This document shows positions 51,513 through 64,000 of a stretch of 64,000 nt of DNA, piece after piece. A program made the position numbers and the translations under genes. Numbering within the stretch: the stretch's first letter is position 1; the number at the start of each line of letters is the position of its first letter. Origin of the DNA: Ruditapes philippinarum (taxonomy: Eukaryota); the NCBI RefSeq assembly GCF_026571515.1, contig NW_026862474.1, positions 434,001-498,000 of the forward strand. Direction: 5' to 3'. The notes under the pieces are model-generated. The model worked only from the letters and a program-made list of their open reading frames with translations. It was not told the origin of the DNA and ran no database searches.

Positions 51513-52764
51513 CTATATTTCTAGAATTACAATATTTAACAGGTGTCATTATATTTCTATCACATTACTAGCAGAGTAAGAAATGTAATTATTTTTCTTT
51601 TATGTAGTAAATTTATGAAGATTAATTAGTTTCTTTGTTCATCACAGCAAATATTTTTTATATTATTTCCAAGTTCCAAATTTGCATGAATCTGAAGGCA
51701 TGCTATTTTGGAGATAGAACAATTTTTGTAAGGAAGCTAGCCTTTGGAAGTTTGGTCCTATTCAGAGACTCTCTTGTGCCTGAAATAATGCGCAAAGAGG
51801 ACATCTGAGATCTTTGTTCAACAGTAAGGCTGGAAAGTCGCCATATGATCTGTACCAAGTTGGTGCAATTTTAAATAAAAAGACTATTTATGATGTAAAT
51901 TCAAAATCAGTGTTATATCAATATGGATCTTTAATTTAGACATATACTTGCGTTAGTCAAATGCAAAACTATCAATGATTACACATTTAAGATAACACTC
52001 AGACTACTTGCAAAATTATACCAAACTATTGCATTATTCTCAAATTATTAAACTAAGTCTATTTTGATATAATGTCACCTTAGTGCAGTAATGGGTTATG
52101 TCCTTCTAAATTTAAAAGGAGTTAACCAGTTATTGCACTAAGGTGATGATATGATGATAGTAAAACATTTAAGGTATTAGGACCCTAATGGGTACTATCA
52201 GGAACTAAAAAATTGACATCATAGGCCAGATGTATACCTTAAAGTACACCTGTATGCAAAATTTAAACAAAGTTTACCGTACGGAAATCAAGTTATGGCC
52301 AATTTTCTGAACTCAAGCTAGGATGTTATGAGGGCTCTTTTTTTAGAAATGAGGAACCTTTAAATAATCTGCAATAACATTCTAATGAAAAATGTTTTCC
52401 CATTAATTTTTGGTAAGAAACAAATAGTACCATTCAGCTAACAATCCACATAAGCAAAATTATGGTTTCTACTAAAAATTTATGAAATCTGTATAAAAAT
52501 GTTACCCTACCCCACCCATTTTTACCACGTGTCTGACCATTTTTCTACTTAGGGAGCCTAATTTAAAAAATTCTTAAAATTTACCCAAATGAGTGCCTGT
52601 TTTCAAAGTTTCCCTAAATTTTTAAAAAAGTATATTGGTTGATCTTGTAAAATATGAAATACTTTTACCGTCTAGTTTTGATTATATTACACTTTGAAAA
52701 TATCAGGTACCATATTTATTACTAGATTTAGCATAATTTAACCAATAAATACCTATATAAATTA

Positions 52765-53612
52765 AACTAGAAATGTGTCCATAGGACACAGATGCCCCCA
52801 CACGCCACTGTTCTGTCAATCTTATGACTCTAGGTCAAATATTTTTTGGACTACATGTGCCACAAGTTGAAAACTAAAAATCAACAAAGGACCATAATTC
52901 TGTTAAATTTGGCCGCAGCAAAAATTCCTTCCTTTACTACCATCTACACATTAAGGTTGTTCATCCCTGAAAGTTTAAGCAAAATCTGCCATCCGGTTTA
53001 AGAGGAGTTGTGTTCACAAAATTTCTACATAGTATATAATGAAAAAATCAACAAAGGGCCATAATTCTGTTAAATTTGGTCACAGCAAAAATTCCTTCCC
53101 TTACTACCATTAACACATTAAGGTTGTTCATCCCTGGAAGTTTAAGCAAAATCTGCCATCCGGTTTAAGAGGAGTTGCGTTCACAAAATGTCTACATAGT
53201 ATATAGTGAAAAAATCAATAAAGGGCCATAATTCTGTAAAATTTGGTCGCAGCAAAAATTCCTACCTTTACTACCATCTACACATTAAGGTTATTCATCC
53301 CAACCCTGGAAGTTTAAGCAAAATCTGCCATCCGGTTTAAGAGGAGTTGCGTTCACAAAATTTCTACATAGAATATAGTGAAAAATAACAAAGGGCCATA
53401 ATTCTGTTAAATTTGGTCGCAGCAAAAATTCATTCCTTTACTACCATCTACACATTAAGGTTGTTCATCCCTGAAAGTTTAAGCAAAATCTGCCATCCGG
53501 TTTAAGAGGAGTTGCGTTCACAAGATTTCGAAACGTACAGGCCGACGGACGTCCGGACACTCGGACGGACAAGTGCAACGCTATATGCTTCCACTCTGTG
53601 GGGGCATAAAAA
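52765..53612 (+). mobile_element. HINE/pearl-like element with four ~167-bp units
   Basis: Subterminal ATGCCCCCA/TGGGGGCAT, core AAAGGGCCATAATTCTG, (GACG)n-like microsatellite. Near-identical to 56435-57091. Confidence 0.85.
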
Positions 53613-53859
53613 TCAAAATTAAACACTTTTTTCTTTCCAAATGGGACATGAGAGATACATTAATAATGTTAAAAGAAAAAAAGAAAGAAAAAAAAAGTTG
53701 ACTCTTCTGGGGATTGAACCCATGGCCCTCATTTTCAATGTAGTTAACAGTAGTTCTAGCCTATTTGAAGACTCTTCAAAGCGGAGGTAATACATTAGGG
53801 TGCTTATACCTTAAATTTGTACAAGTGTATAACAATTCATGCTATAATTGACTATCTTG

Positions 53860-56800
53860 TCAGGAGTATGAAGATTTCTCTGTAGAAAGTAAAAGTTCAT
53901 GCTCTGTGTCAGTCTGGTCCTTTGAACTTTTCTCATAATCTTCCTGATGTCGCCGCAGACTCCGACCAAAATAAAAAGCTCCAGATCTGTTCAATAACAA
54001 ACATTTTATTACATAATATAGGGTTTCTAGTATTCGAAATGTTGTTGATTAAACAACATATAGTTTCAAAAATTGAAATACCGAAGTTGTGGGATTTCTT
54101 TGGTTTCAAATGGGCTGATAACTTGAAGTACATTACTTATAACAGATCACAATAATTATATGCAGCACCTCATGCTTCTGAACTTTAAACATTAATTTGA
54201 TCTTGATTGCATAAGAAAGGTAAAAGTTTTCTTGAAACCACTTTAGGTTGTCTTATTCCTGGTAGGACACAAATGAACAATCGCTGGATGAAAGTTTAAA
54301 AACAGACACCCTAACAACTAGGCATCCTTTGCCTTTTCTCCAATGCATATGCATAATGTTGCCATTGGTTTTGAGCATTTGGTCATATGTATCTCATATC
54401 TCATTCATACTATATTCTCTAGTATATTGCCCCTACAACCTACATGAATATAACAAATAATATACAGGGTGGAAACTTAATCCATACCCAGCTGGAACTG
54501 AACATGATACGACTATTCCACCAGTACAGAGCCAGGCAAGCCTGCACATCCACCCAATCTGACCAGGCTCTTTACTGTAAAGCTTTCTTCAAATTCTTAT
54601 ATTAATATCCCCAAAATGATAACGGACAGTTCATAGAATTGAACCTGGACAATTTTAAAAATATAGGTATATAAGTATTATAATGACTGTGCTTCAGATA
54701 ATTTTTTCTCTCCAAAACCTGCATTAAAATGTTACCATGGAAACTTACCTGCCAAATCTTTCTGCATCTCGTATAGTTTCAGGAAGATTTTTATTTAAAG
54801 TTTCTGGTAATGTTAACGATATAAGCCCAGATAGAAGAGACATTCCACCAAACACCACCAAAGGTAGTATCTCTCGTGTTGTTCCACTCAGTGACTCACT
54901 CTAAATAAATAAAGATTATAAACCAGTTGGAAACTATTCATTGCCATTTGATTGAAAGACAATTCAGTAATTAATAACATTTTCGAACTGTTTCTTCATG
55001 AGTTTAGTGTTTACTGAAAGACTGAAAGTAACACCTTTAAAACTCAAAAATATTATACAAATGTTTGAATATACACTTAAAGTCAAGTCTTTCCTTGCTC
55101 TGGGATAACTATTCAGGGTTATTTTTCTCCCTAGAAATTAAACAAACAATAAGCAGGTGTAAAATTAGCAATCTGGCATATTCTTCAAAAACACACCAGT
55201 CAAATTTAAACAAAAATCCCTCCAATCCCCTTGGAATAAAGACTTTCCCTGCAGAGACATTCAGATTTTAAAATTGCTGTTTAACGTCCTTGCTTTGCAA
55301 GTTAAGACTACTTCCCTTACTGTTCTGGCATGAAAACAAAAGCACGGACCCAGTAGTGTGGGAGCAGACAAAAGGTAAAATATAGCTTATTTTCCCAGTT
55401 TTAACCTCAGTGACAGAAGCATTTCGGTAAAAGGCAATGCGTGGCCTAGTTAAAGAAAGCCATAGCAAAGCACTTACAATAGCTTACTTTTTTATAAAAA
55501 GATGTAATGACAAAATTAATCCAACCGAACTTACTACAGTAACAATATATGGGGCAACCATTGTTCCAAGCCTTGCAAATAGTGACCCTATCCCTAATCC
55601 AGCATTACGTACAACAGTAGGAAATAACTCGGCACTGTGAACATAGACCACAGAGTACGCTCCTGTCACACATAGTCTTCCAAACATAGCCAAAGCTATT
55701 GTGATAACATCTGACCCTGTAACAAATAACACATCAGAGAAATATAAGGGAAAGTGAGTTAACTCAAGTTAATTACATGTACACAAAAAATTGTTTTCCC
55801 AAAGCTTGAATGTGAGTGTAGAACTTCAGTCAATCGACTAGAGTGAAAAAATCCACCAGAATTGCATATTATGAATATACCTTCTGTAATATGTCAACAA
55901 AACTTTAAATGATGGAATAATTTTTACTTATGATAACTCTTTAAATTTGAATTTAACATCAGTACATATCTTAGACATAATAACACTTAAGCAATACAAA
56001 ATTTGAAACACTAAAAAATGATATGGATGCAGATAAATACACCTAAATTTGTGTTGTGGTGTATCTTAAACACTTAAAGTATCTTGTTTTATTACTCTGA
56101 TTACATGCATTTAATATAATATTTGTAATGCGTTGGGGAAAAAAAGATGCTACCTGGATGTGACATTGTTATATTTAATTGCATGTAAACCTTCTTAAAA
56201 CCAATACTTCTTGCAATGGTGTACTATTATTGCACTTCGAAAAACATTTTAAGGAATAGAAGGAGAAATGTTATAGAACATTGCATTTATAAATTATTTT
56301 GCTCAAGGAAAACCATACAAGTAAGAATAAGATATCTAAATATTACAGCTAATCCTTAATTTTTTTTGCCAGACACTTCATATTTTAATTAACATGTTTC
56401 CTAATAACATCATGGGACAATGCAATGAAAATGAAACAAGAAATGTGTCCATAGGACACGGATGCCCCCACATGCCACTGTTAGGTCAATCTTATGACTC
56501 TAGGTCAAATTTTTTTGGACTACATGTGCCACAAGTTGAAAACTAAAAATCAACAAAGGGTCATAATTCTGTTAAATTTGGTCGCAGCAAAAATTCCTTC
56601 CTTTCATACCATCTACACATTAAGGTTGTTCACCCCTGGAAGTTTAAGCAAAATCTGCCATCAGGTTTAAGAGGAGTTGCGTTCACAAAATTTGTACATA
56701 GTATATAGTGAAAAAATCAACAAAGGGCCATAATTCTGTAAAATTTGATCGCAGCGAAAATTCCTTCTTTAACTACCATCTACACATTAAGGTTGTTCAT

Positions 56801-59800
56801 CCCTGGAAGTTTAAGCAAAATCTGCCATCCGGTTTAAGAGGAGTTGCGTTCACAAAATTTGTACATAGTATATAGTGAGAAAATCAACAAAGGGCCATAA
56901 TTCTGTTAAATTTGGTCGCAGCCAAAATTCCTTTCTTTACTACCATCTACACGTTAAGGTTGTTCATCCCTGAAAGTTTAAGCAAAATCTGTCATCCGGT
57001 TTAAGAGGAGTTGCGTCCACAAGATTTTGGGACGGACGGACTGACGGACAAGTGCAACGCTGTATGCTCCCACTTTGTGGGGGCATAAAAATGATTTTGT
57101 TTAAAGTAATACATCAATCAATTGTAATCCTGGTCCCTTAAAGCTCAAAAGAATTTTGAACCCGCAACAATCTGGTTACATTCCCGGCCAATATAGTATG
57201 TTCACATTGTAAAATCCTTGCCAGTTCCACCATACTGCACATAAGGCAGCTATTTTTAGAGCAAAAGTAAAACCAATAACTACTCCTTGCAGTGTGGGAA
57301 CGGTTTGAAAGTAAAACCATGCACTGCTTTTCTGTACTACTAAGGCCCTGCCCCCCACCCTTCCCCCTTTAAAGAGGGGATTGGGCAAGGATTACTTTTA
57401 ACTAATGAATATTGTATAATTACCTTCCGGTTCATACTCAATAGCAAAGATTGTTGACAGGCATGACACCCCTCCGATGATCATAAAAGAACAATACAAT
57501 TTCCTGCGACCGACACGATCAACTAGATATACTACCAGTAGATAGCCTGGAATCTCAACTAACCCAGATAAACCAAAATTGAGATACAAATTTCCGTTCA
57601 GATTCTCCGAGTTAAGAGCCAGTCCGAAGTATACCAGAGCAACTACCAACCTAAAGAATGAAAAATAAACCTAAAGATTAAATGTGGCCAAAACTGAGTT
57701 TTATTTCATATTACATAGCCTTCATTGTGCCACTTTTAATATTTAGGCACCTTAACATTTTATTTCTACTTAACATCAAAAAATATTATTTCTATAAATA
57801 TTATAAAAATATTACATTTGTATCTATAATATTACGACTGTTCTCAACTAGATATTGGATAGCAAAAGGAAAACAATCAAGCGTAACATTCTAATGTTTT
57901 GTTTAAATAACAAAATGTCCAAAAAGGTGAAAGAAAAATTGCTTGCTAGTGAAATTATCTGAGTAATTGATATAAGTTTATAAAGGACATCTCAAAGGAA
58001 ATAGTTAACTGTTATCTGATAAATATCGTTATAATTAAGTTTCTCTAAACAATTGAGATAACTTCTCCACTTTCTATACATCTACCTACTTTGCAGTATC
58101 ATAATTATGCGGACATGATTTTTTTTTCATACTATGGTAATATTGACACTTACTGTATATTGATTAGGCACAAGAGAGTGAGATGATGGGCGGGGGTATA
58201 CAACTGACTTGTGCATAGTAACAATCATTTCTAAAAATACTTTTATAATTACCAGTTTAGAAATATAACATTTGATCTGATACAGAGTGTCTTTGATGAA
58301 AACAGCTTCCAGAAACTGGACTCCTTATCAACATCATCCTCTATCATTTCTCCAAATATATCATTGGGCAGTGTGGTTTTGTTCCATCGAGCAGCATTTC
58401 TTAGAATTTGTTCTGCTTCTTTGACCCGACCCTTGCTGAGCAACCACCTCGGAGACTCTGGCATAAGCCTGAAGATATTTATAACTATATGTGTTAATTT
58501 ATGCAAAATTACAAACTGACATTAGGTGGTGGTATTGGTAGTTTTCACTACGGATCACGACAGTAAGCCTTGAATTTACCAGAGCACAGTTCAGTAATCA
58601 CATCATTCCTGCGCAGGCTGTCAAAGTAGTTTACCAGTACAAGTTGCCTTCACTTTCACAAGGAACTGATTACTTCTGTACATGCCAAAGCAGAGGTACA
58701 GTGTGAATGACCGTAGAAAGGATAACATGATCAACCACAACGAATGTGACCTGCACTGAGTCCAGTTTTGATGTGACTAAACTGGCATTAGCTATAAATG
58801 CGAATATGTATATACTAATACACAGTCGATCAAAATTTAACAAGTCACTCTATTACTAAAGTTCAATGTATGTGTATTTCCTGTACAACAGCCGGAAGAA
58901 CAATGTTTGATATATCAAGAACTTTATATAACACTTAATTCAATTTTTTAAAATCTTACATACAAATGATGTACCATAAATGAAATTTGGCACACATAAA
59001 ATATTAGTGGTTTATAACCAGTTGAGCACTTAGTGCATGTAATATCCCATAAATTTCATTCTAAGAGTTATTATATCATGTATATTGTGTCAAATTCCTT
59101 GAAAAGCTATTTCATAGACAAGATAAGCATAAAAAGGTATCTCAGAAATTTCATTTTATGAGTTATTATATCATGTATATTGTGTCAAATTCATTGAAAG
59201 CTATTTCATAGCAGAACATACCACCAATAAAATACAAACAACACTGCTGGTAATGAGGTATAAAGTTGAATTTGAAACCAGTCTCGCAAACCATACGCAA
59301 CTGCTGCCAGAACCACTAGTCCAAGTACATACGGAAGTTCCGATATCACGCCTGGCCACACCCTCTTTTTGACGCTTGTTATCTCTAAAGCTGAAATATG
59401 ACTACATAATTGGCATCTTTGTTTTCATTTAAATAGAGCTTTTTCTAACCATTTTATTACTAATTCAAAACTAGAACTATCACTAAATGTGATTAATACC
59501 CCCACAAGACTACTTCGGAAATGAGGATGTTACTAGTAACAGAATACCTTGTAAAAGAATTGAAATATAGAGTTATGGTTGTGGGCAATTAAAGATAGTT
59601 GTGGTTCTTGTATATTGCATTTCCTTTCAATGTGGTTGGCCATTGATGAAGTTTTATTGAATTACTCTGTAATAAGTCCAGAAAGACAAAGAATAGGAAC
59701 AAAGGGCAATAACTCTATAAATACTGAAGATGGAGTTATAGTTCTTGTGCACTGCATTTCCTCTTTTTGTGCTTGACCATTGTATGAAGTTGTTTTGAAT

Positions 59801-62800
59801 TTCAACCAGTACGTTTTAAGTTATGCTCCAGACAAGGAAAAGTATCAAAGGGCAGTAACTCTGTATTTTGTCAAAATGGAGTTATGGCTCTTAGGCACTG
59901 CACTTCCTTTTAATGTCCTTGACAACTGTATGAAGTTGTTTTAAATTCCAACCAGTAATTTTCAAGTTATGCCCCGGACAAGGAAAAGTAACAAAGGGCA
60001 ATAACTCTGTAATTAGTCAAGATATAGTTATGGTTCTTGTGCACTGCACTTCCTCTCAATGTGCTTGACCATTGTATGTAGTTATATTGAATTCCAACCA
60101 TTAGTCTTCAAGTTATGGTCCGGACAAAAGAAAGCAATGGAAAAGAAACAAAGGGCAATAACTCTGTAATTACTTTAGATAGAGTTATGGTTCTTGTGCA
60201 CTGCACTTCCCCTTATTGTGTTTGACAATTGTATGAAGTTGTTTTGAATTCCAACCAGTAGTGTTCAAGTTATGCCCCGGACAAGGAAAAGTAACAAAGG
60301 GCAGTAACTCTGTAATTAGTCAAGATAGAGTTATGGTTCTTGTGCACTGCACTTCCTCTCAATGTGCTTGACCATTGTATGTAGTTATATTGAATTCCAA
60401 CCATTAGTCTTCAAGTTATGGTCCGGACAAAAGAAAGCAATGGAAAAGTAACAAAGGGCAATAACTCTGTAATTACTTTAGATAGAGTTATGGTTCTTGT
60501 GCACTGCACTTCCCCTTATTGTGTTTGACAATTGTATGAAGTTGTTTTGAATTCCAACCAGTAGTTTTCAAGTTATGCCCTGGACTAGGAAAAGTAACAA
60601 AGGGCAATAACTCTGTAATTAGTCAAGATAGAGTTATGGTTCTTGTGCACTGCACTTCCTCTCAATGTGCTTGACCATTGTATGTAGTTATATTGAATTC
60701 CAACCATTAGTCTTCTTTGGGGGTATAATGACCTATTTTTTCAACTCTGAATTGATAGGCAATTCACAGAAAAATATCATTGGTACATTAATATTGTTTT
60801 GACTGATAACAGATTATGTTTTAAGTGAAAAATTATACATGAAGATTTTTTCAAATACAATGTATGTTAACTATTCAAATCAATACATCATTTTCTATAA
60901 ACAAATTTGAAATACTTCATCCTACATATTTATTATCCTCTTTTTATAAAACGGCAAGTTTGTATCATACTTACATATGATATACGCTGGCATAAAGCAA
61001 GCCACTATAGAGCCGCCAAGAAAAAATTCAATGATGCAAAAAAGCCAGTATTCATGTGCCCAGGCAAGCCCATTTGCGGAGGCAATCATTACCAAAATGG
61101 CAACATACATCACTGGCTTACGTCCGACACTAAAAAAAGAAACTATTTGGTGAGATGTTTGACAATATCTTATGTTTAGGATCTTCTGTCATTATGTATG
61201 TTAAACTTTCTTAGTAGGTTTATAACTCTCAGATAAAAATACATAATTAATTTTGTACTGATTTACCAAACTGATTTGACAGTAATTTATGTTAAGTAGA
61301 TACATGTAGGCAACTATAAGAATAATTCATGAAGAAAGGTAACAATGTCACTTTTAAGTTTCAATTTCCTTGAGAAAAAGATATCAAATGAACAGATTAC
61401 TTATTTGATTTACAATACTTTAATACAGTATAATTATTGTCATATATATCAAACACAACAAATAGTTTCAGCAAGAAAGAGACTCCAGAATCAGAAATTT
61501 TCACAAGGTATCAAATTTCATTAACTTGGCAAATAGAATATTTTTGTGAAAATAAATGTTCACTCAAAATCTAAATATCACAAATTTTGCAGAAGTGAAA
61601 GCAAAAATTATAGTATATTTATCCTTAATAATAAGTCAAAAATGCTGAGATGGCAAAATTTTAGCTCTGCAGAAATATTGTGATTTTACAGTAGATATGT
61701 AATATTTTTAATGCTCTATCTACAAATGTTACATCTTAAATACTGTAATTGTTGTTAAATAAAAGCATAATTAAAGTAGTTTCAATCTTCTGTGCACCAT
61801 GCCAAATGGTTCACAGTAAAGTCATAACTTTTTTGTATAAGAACAAAACATATCATTTCTTTTACCACAATGCTGTTGGTAGGACAGCAACGCTTGACTA
61901 CTCTTAGTGCTTGATAGTAAAAGAGCCTGAATAACGTAAAATTTTCTAATATAACAAAAGGGCAAAATTTTTCTTCAAATCCATGCTGCAGTTTGAGGCC
62001 TTTGAGAGAGTCCTATTATGCTCTCAAAGAAGAGTATAAAATTTCAACTTGTTTCAAAGCCATATGTCAAAAGAATATGAAAATATCTGAGGTGGTATGC
62101 AAACTTGAATGTAAAAGAGAAAAGGGGCATTTTTCTGTAAAAATGCTTCGTAAAGTTACCTCCTCTAGTCTACAGGTTGGGGTCATGATGGTGAACAAGT
62201 GTGCAAAGTTTCAAAGCCATATGTCAATGGACTTTGAAAATATTACAGGTGTTACAAAAACTTTAACCAGGGCTGGGAATCGAAACTGCGTCGTATCCTA
62301 CAAAATGTAAACAAACGCTGCCATCTTGGAACGAAAAACATATGTTTTTGTTTATAACTCTTTTTGTTGGAAATGACTGAAAACCAGATATATGTATTAA
62401 GAGGCTACACTATTTTCCGCTTCATTCGGTATATGTTGCTTGCACAACTATTTTGTAAAACAAAAGTTATAGCCAACTTGCAACTCGAATCAGAGCAGAA
62501 TTTTTATGAAAATGTGTGGATACGACGCAGTTCATATTGCTTTATCTATCTTTTTTCCTTCAAATCAATTATATACTCATTTCAGAGTTTACAATTAACT
62601 TCGAAATATAATTTTGCATCATTTATTAAAATTTCAGTAAAAAGAGATGTTTATTTTCTAAGAAATAATGATTTTTACGAAATGATACAAAGCAGTTGAA
62701 AATAAAATATGATATGACTCATTTGTATTTTCATTGCAGGCTGCATATTGGTTCAGCTATTAAATTATGTGCTAGGTATGCTAATAACGTCCAACAACAT

Positions 62801-63453
62801 TTCTTGTTCACAACTTAAGTAAAAAGCAGATGTCACTCATTGGTTTCACAAAAAATGGAAACTGTAATACAATTCTATTAAGGCCCCTCGAAAAAGGGGC
62901 ATAATTCCGTCAAAATGCTTGATACAGTTACCTCCTCCTGTCTACAGGTTGGGGTCATGATGGTAAGTGTGCAAAGTTTCAAAACTATATGACAATGGAC
63001 TTTGAAAATATTTGAGGTATTACAAAAACTTTAACGTAAATTCTAAGTCGAAAAAGGGGCATAATTCTGTCAAAATGCTTGACATAGTTACCTCCTCCTG
63101 ACTACAGATTGGGGGCATGATTGTAAACAGGTGTGCAAAGTTTCAAAGCCATATGTCAATGGACTTTGAAAATATTTGAGGTATTACAAAAACTTTAACA
63201 TAAGTGGTTACACCGACGCTCGGGTGACCACAATAGCTCTACTTATCAAATAGTCGAGCTAAAAATACAGTTGCAAGTATTTCACTCATTATATAGTTGC
63301 AAAAATCAGTTTCACATATAAATTTTCAGTATCAAAATTTAGTGTTTACATATCTGCGATGATTCCACTAGCAAATGAACCAACAAGCATTCCTCCATAA
63401 AATATCATCTCTGCATTAGCCACCCATATTTCTTTATCGCATACCAAATTTAC
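53860..63453 (-). CDS. SLC22-family organic cation transporter (partial, first exon outside the window). Model: join(63453..63350, 61129..60975, 59390..59222, 58468..58253, 57650..57424, 55716..55535, 54900..54749, 53986..53860)
   Basis: Motifs [35 protein letters not shown]...[17 protein letters not shown] and [13 protein letters not shown]. All junctions are GT/AG and in phase. The last exon is the least certain. Confidence 0.93.
56435..57091 (+). mobile_element. HINE/pearl-like element with three ~167-bp units (SLC22 intron)
   Basis: Same termini and core as 52765-53612, with a GGACGGACGGACTGACGGAC microsatellite. Confidence 0.85.
59469..60728 (+). mobile_element. HINE-like element with a 146/157-bp tandem array (SLC22 intron)
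   Basis: Subterminal ATACCCCCA/TGGGGGTAT. CAAAGGGCA(A/G)TAACTC recurs about every 150 bp. Confidence 0.85.
61867..63265 (+). mobile_element. HINE-like element with ~160-bp units, interrupted by an unrelated ~620-bp insert (~62268-62887)
   Basis: Subterminal GCT(T/C)GACTA/TAGTCGAGC. Core GAAAAAGGGGCATAATTC...AAAGTTTCAAAGCCATATGTCAATGGACTTTG occurs on both sides of the insert. Confidence 0.75.
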
Positions 63454-64000
63454 CTGAGTGTATAAAATAAAACCTCAATATTAAATCAGGAAAACAATTC
63501 TGACTTGTCCGTTTTGAATTTTCATTAATTGTAAATAATTATATTATAGTGCTTGCCACACTGAACAGTTTATTTGTTTTTTCTATTTTAAGAAATTATC
63601 TGCAAGATTTACTTAAAAATTTAGTCTGTGCTATGTCTAGTTTTATTGGAAAAACTATAGCAAATAAAATAAAAGTTTTGTTTTGTGATAATATTTAAAA
63701 AATTTCACTTAAAAAATATATATTTTCACTCAAGCTTTGTGCTTTTAAACAATTCCCACTTCTATTCAAGATATCCATATTCACTCAAAACAAATACTTT
63801 TTACCAGTAGGATATACTATGCTTAACCTGAAGAAAAATATTTTAATCACAGAAATTTATTGAAATCTTTGAAATTCGTATTGAATATGTCTAATTTGAA
63901 TGAAAGAATGAATAAACTATGTATGGGAAGCTTCATTCCCAATAGCAGGCCATTTAAAGTTGGTCTTTTCTTAAAAAAACTGCCAGTTTTTTTTAATGAC

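Noticed and set aside
53700-53760. tRNA genes (B-box-like sequences here and at ~5930, ~28470 and ~47465)
   Set aside because: No complete cloverleaf; these are consistent with decayed SINE heads.

Overview
AT-rich, intron-containing animal DNA. The repeat families and gene content point to a bivalve mollusc, possibly venerid-like; this is inference, not a database match. The first ~40 kb is a dense innate-immunity/cell-death cluster. (i) Two tandem 3-exon secreted proteins on the - strand resemble horseshoe-crab/crustacean anti-lipopolysaccharide factors (ALF); the ORF track shows only fragments of them. (ii) Head-to-head with them lies a cGAS-like receptor (Mab21 NTase) with an intact catalytic motif and a ~390-codon acidic insertion; its frame is broken at 9827-10257. 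(iii) One intact BIR-UBA-RING IAP is flanked by three IAP-derived paralogs whose BIR (and, in two of them, RING) is lost or eroded while the UBA region is kept, plus a 3' remnant of a fourth. One paralog has a LINE inserted in its UBA exon. (iv) A secreted coiled-coil C1q-domain gene follows. Mobile DNA comprises a near full-length LINE with a 2A-like peptide and an in-frame ORF1-TAG-ORF2 junction, a 5'-truncated Gmr1-like LTR element (INT before RT), several Helentron/HINE-like elements with ~146-167 bp tandem arrays, MITEs and SINE fragments. The last ~10 kb holds eight coding exons of an SLC22 transporter (- strand) whose first exon lies outside the window. All gene models were spliced by hand from GT/AG signals and phase compatibility, with no transcript support.
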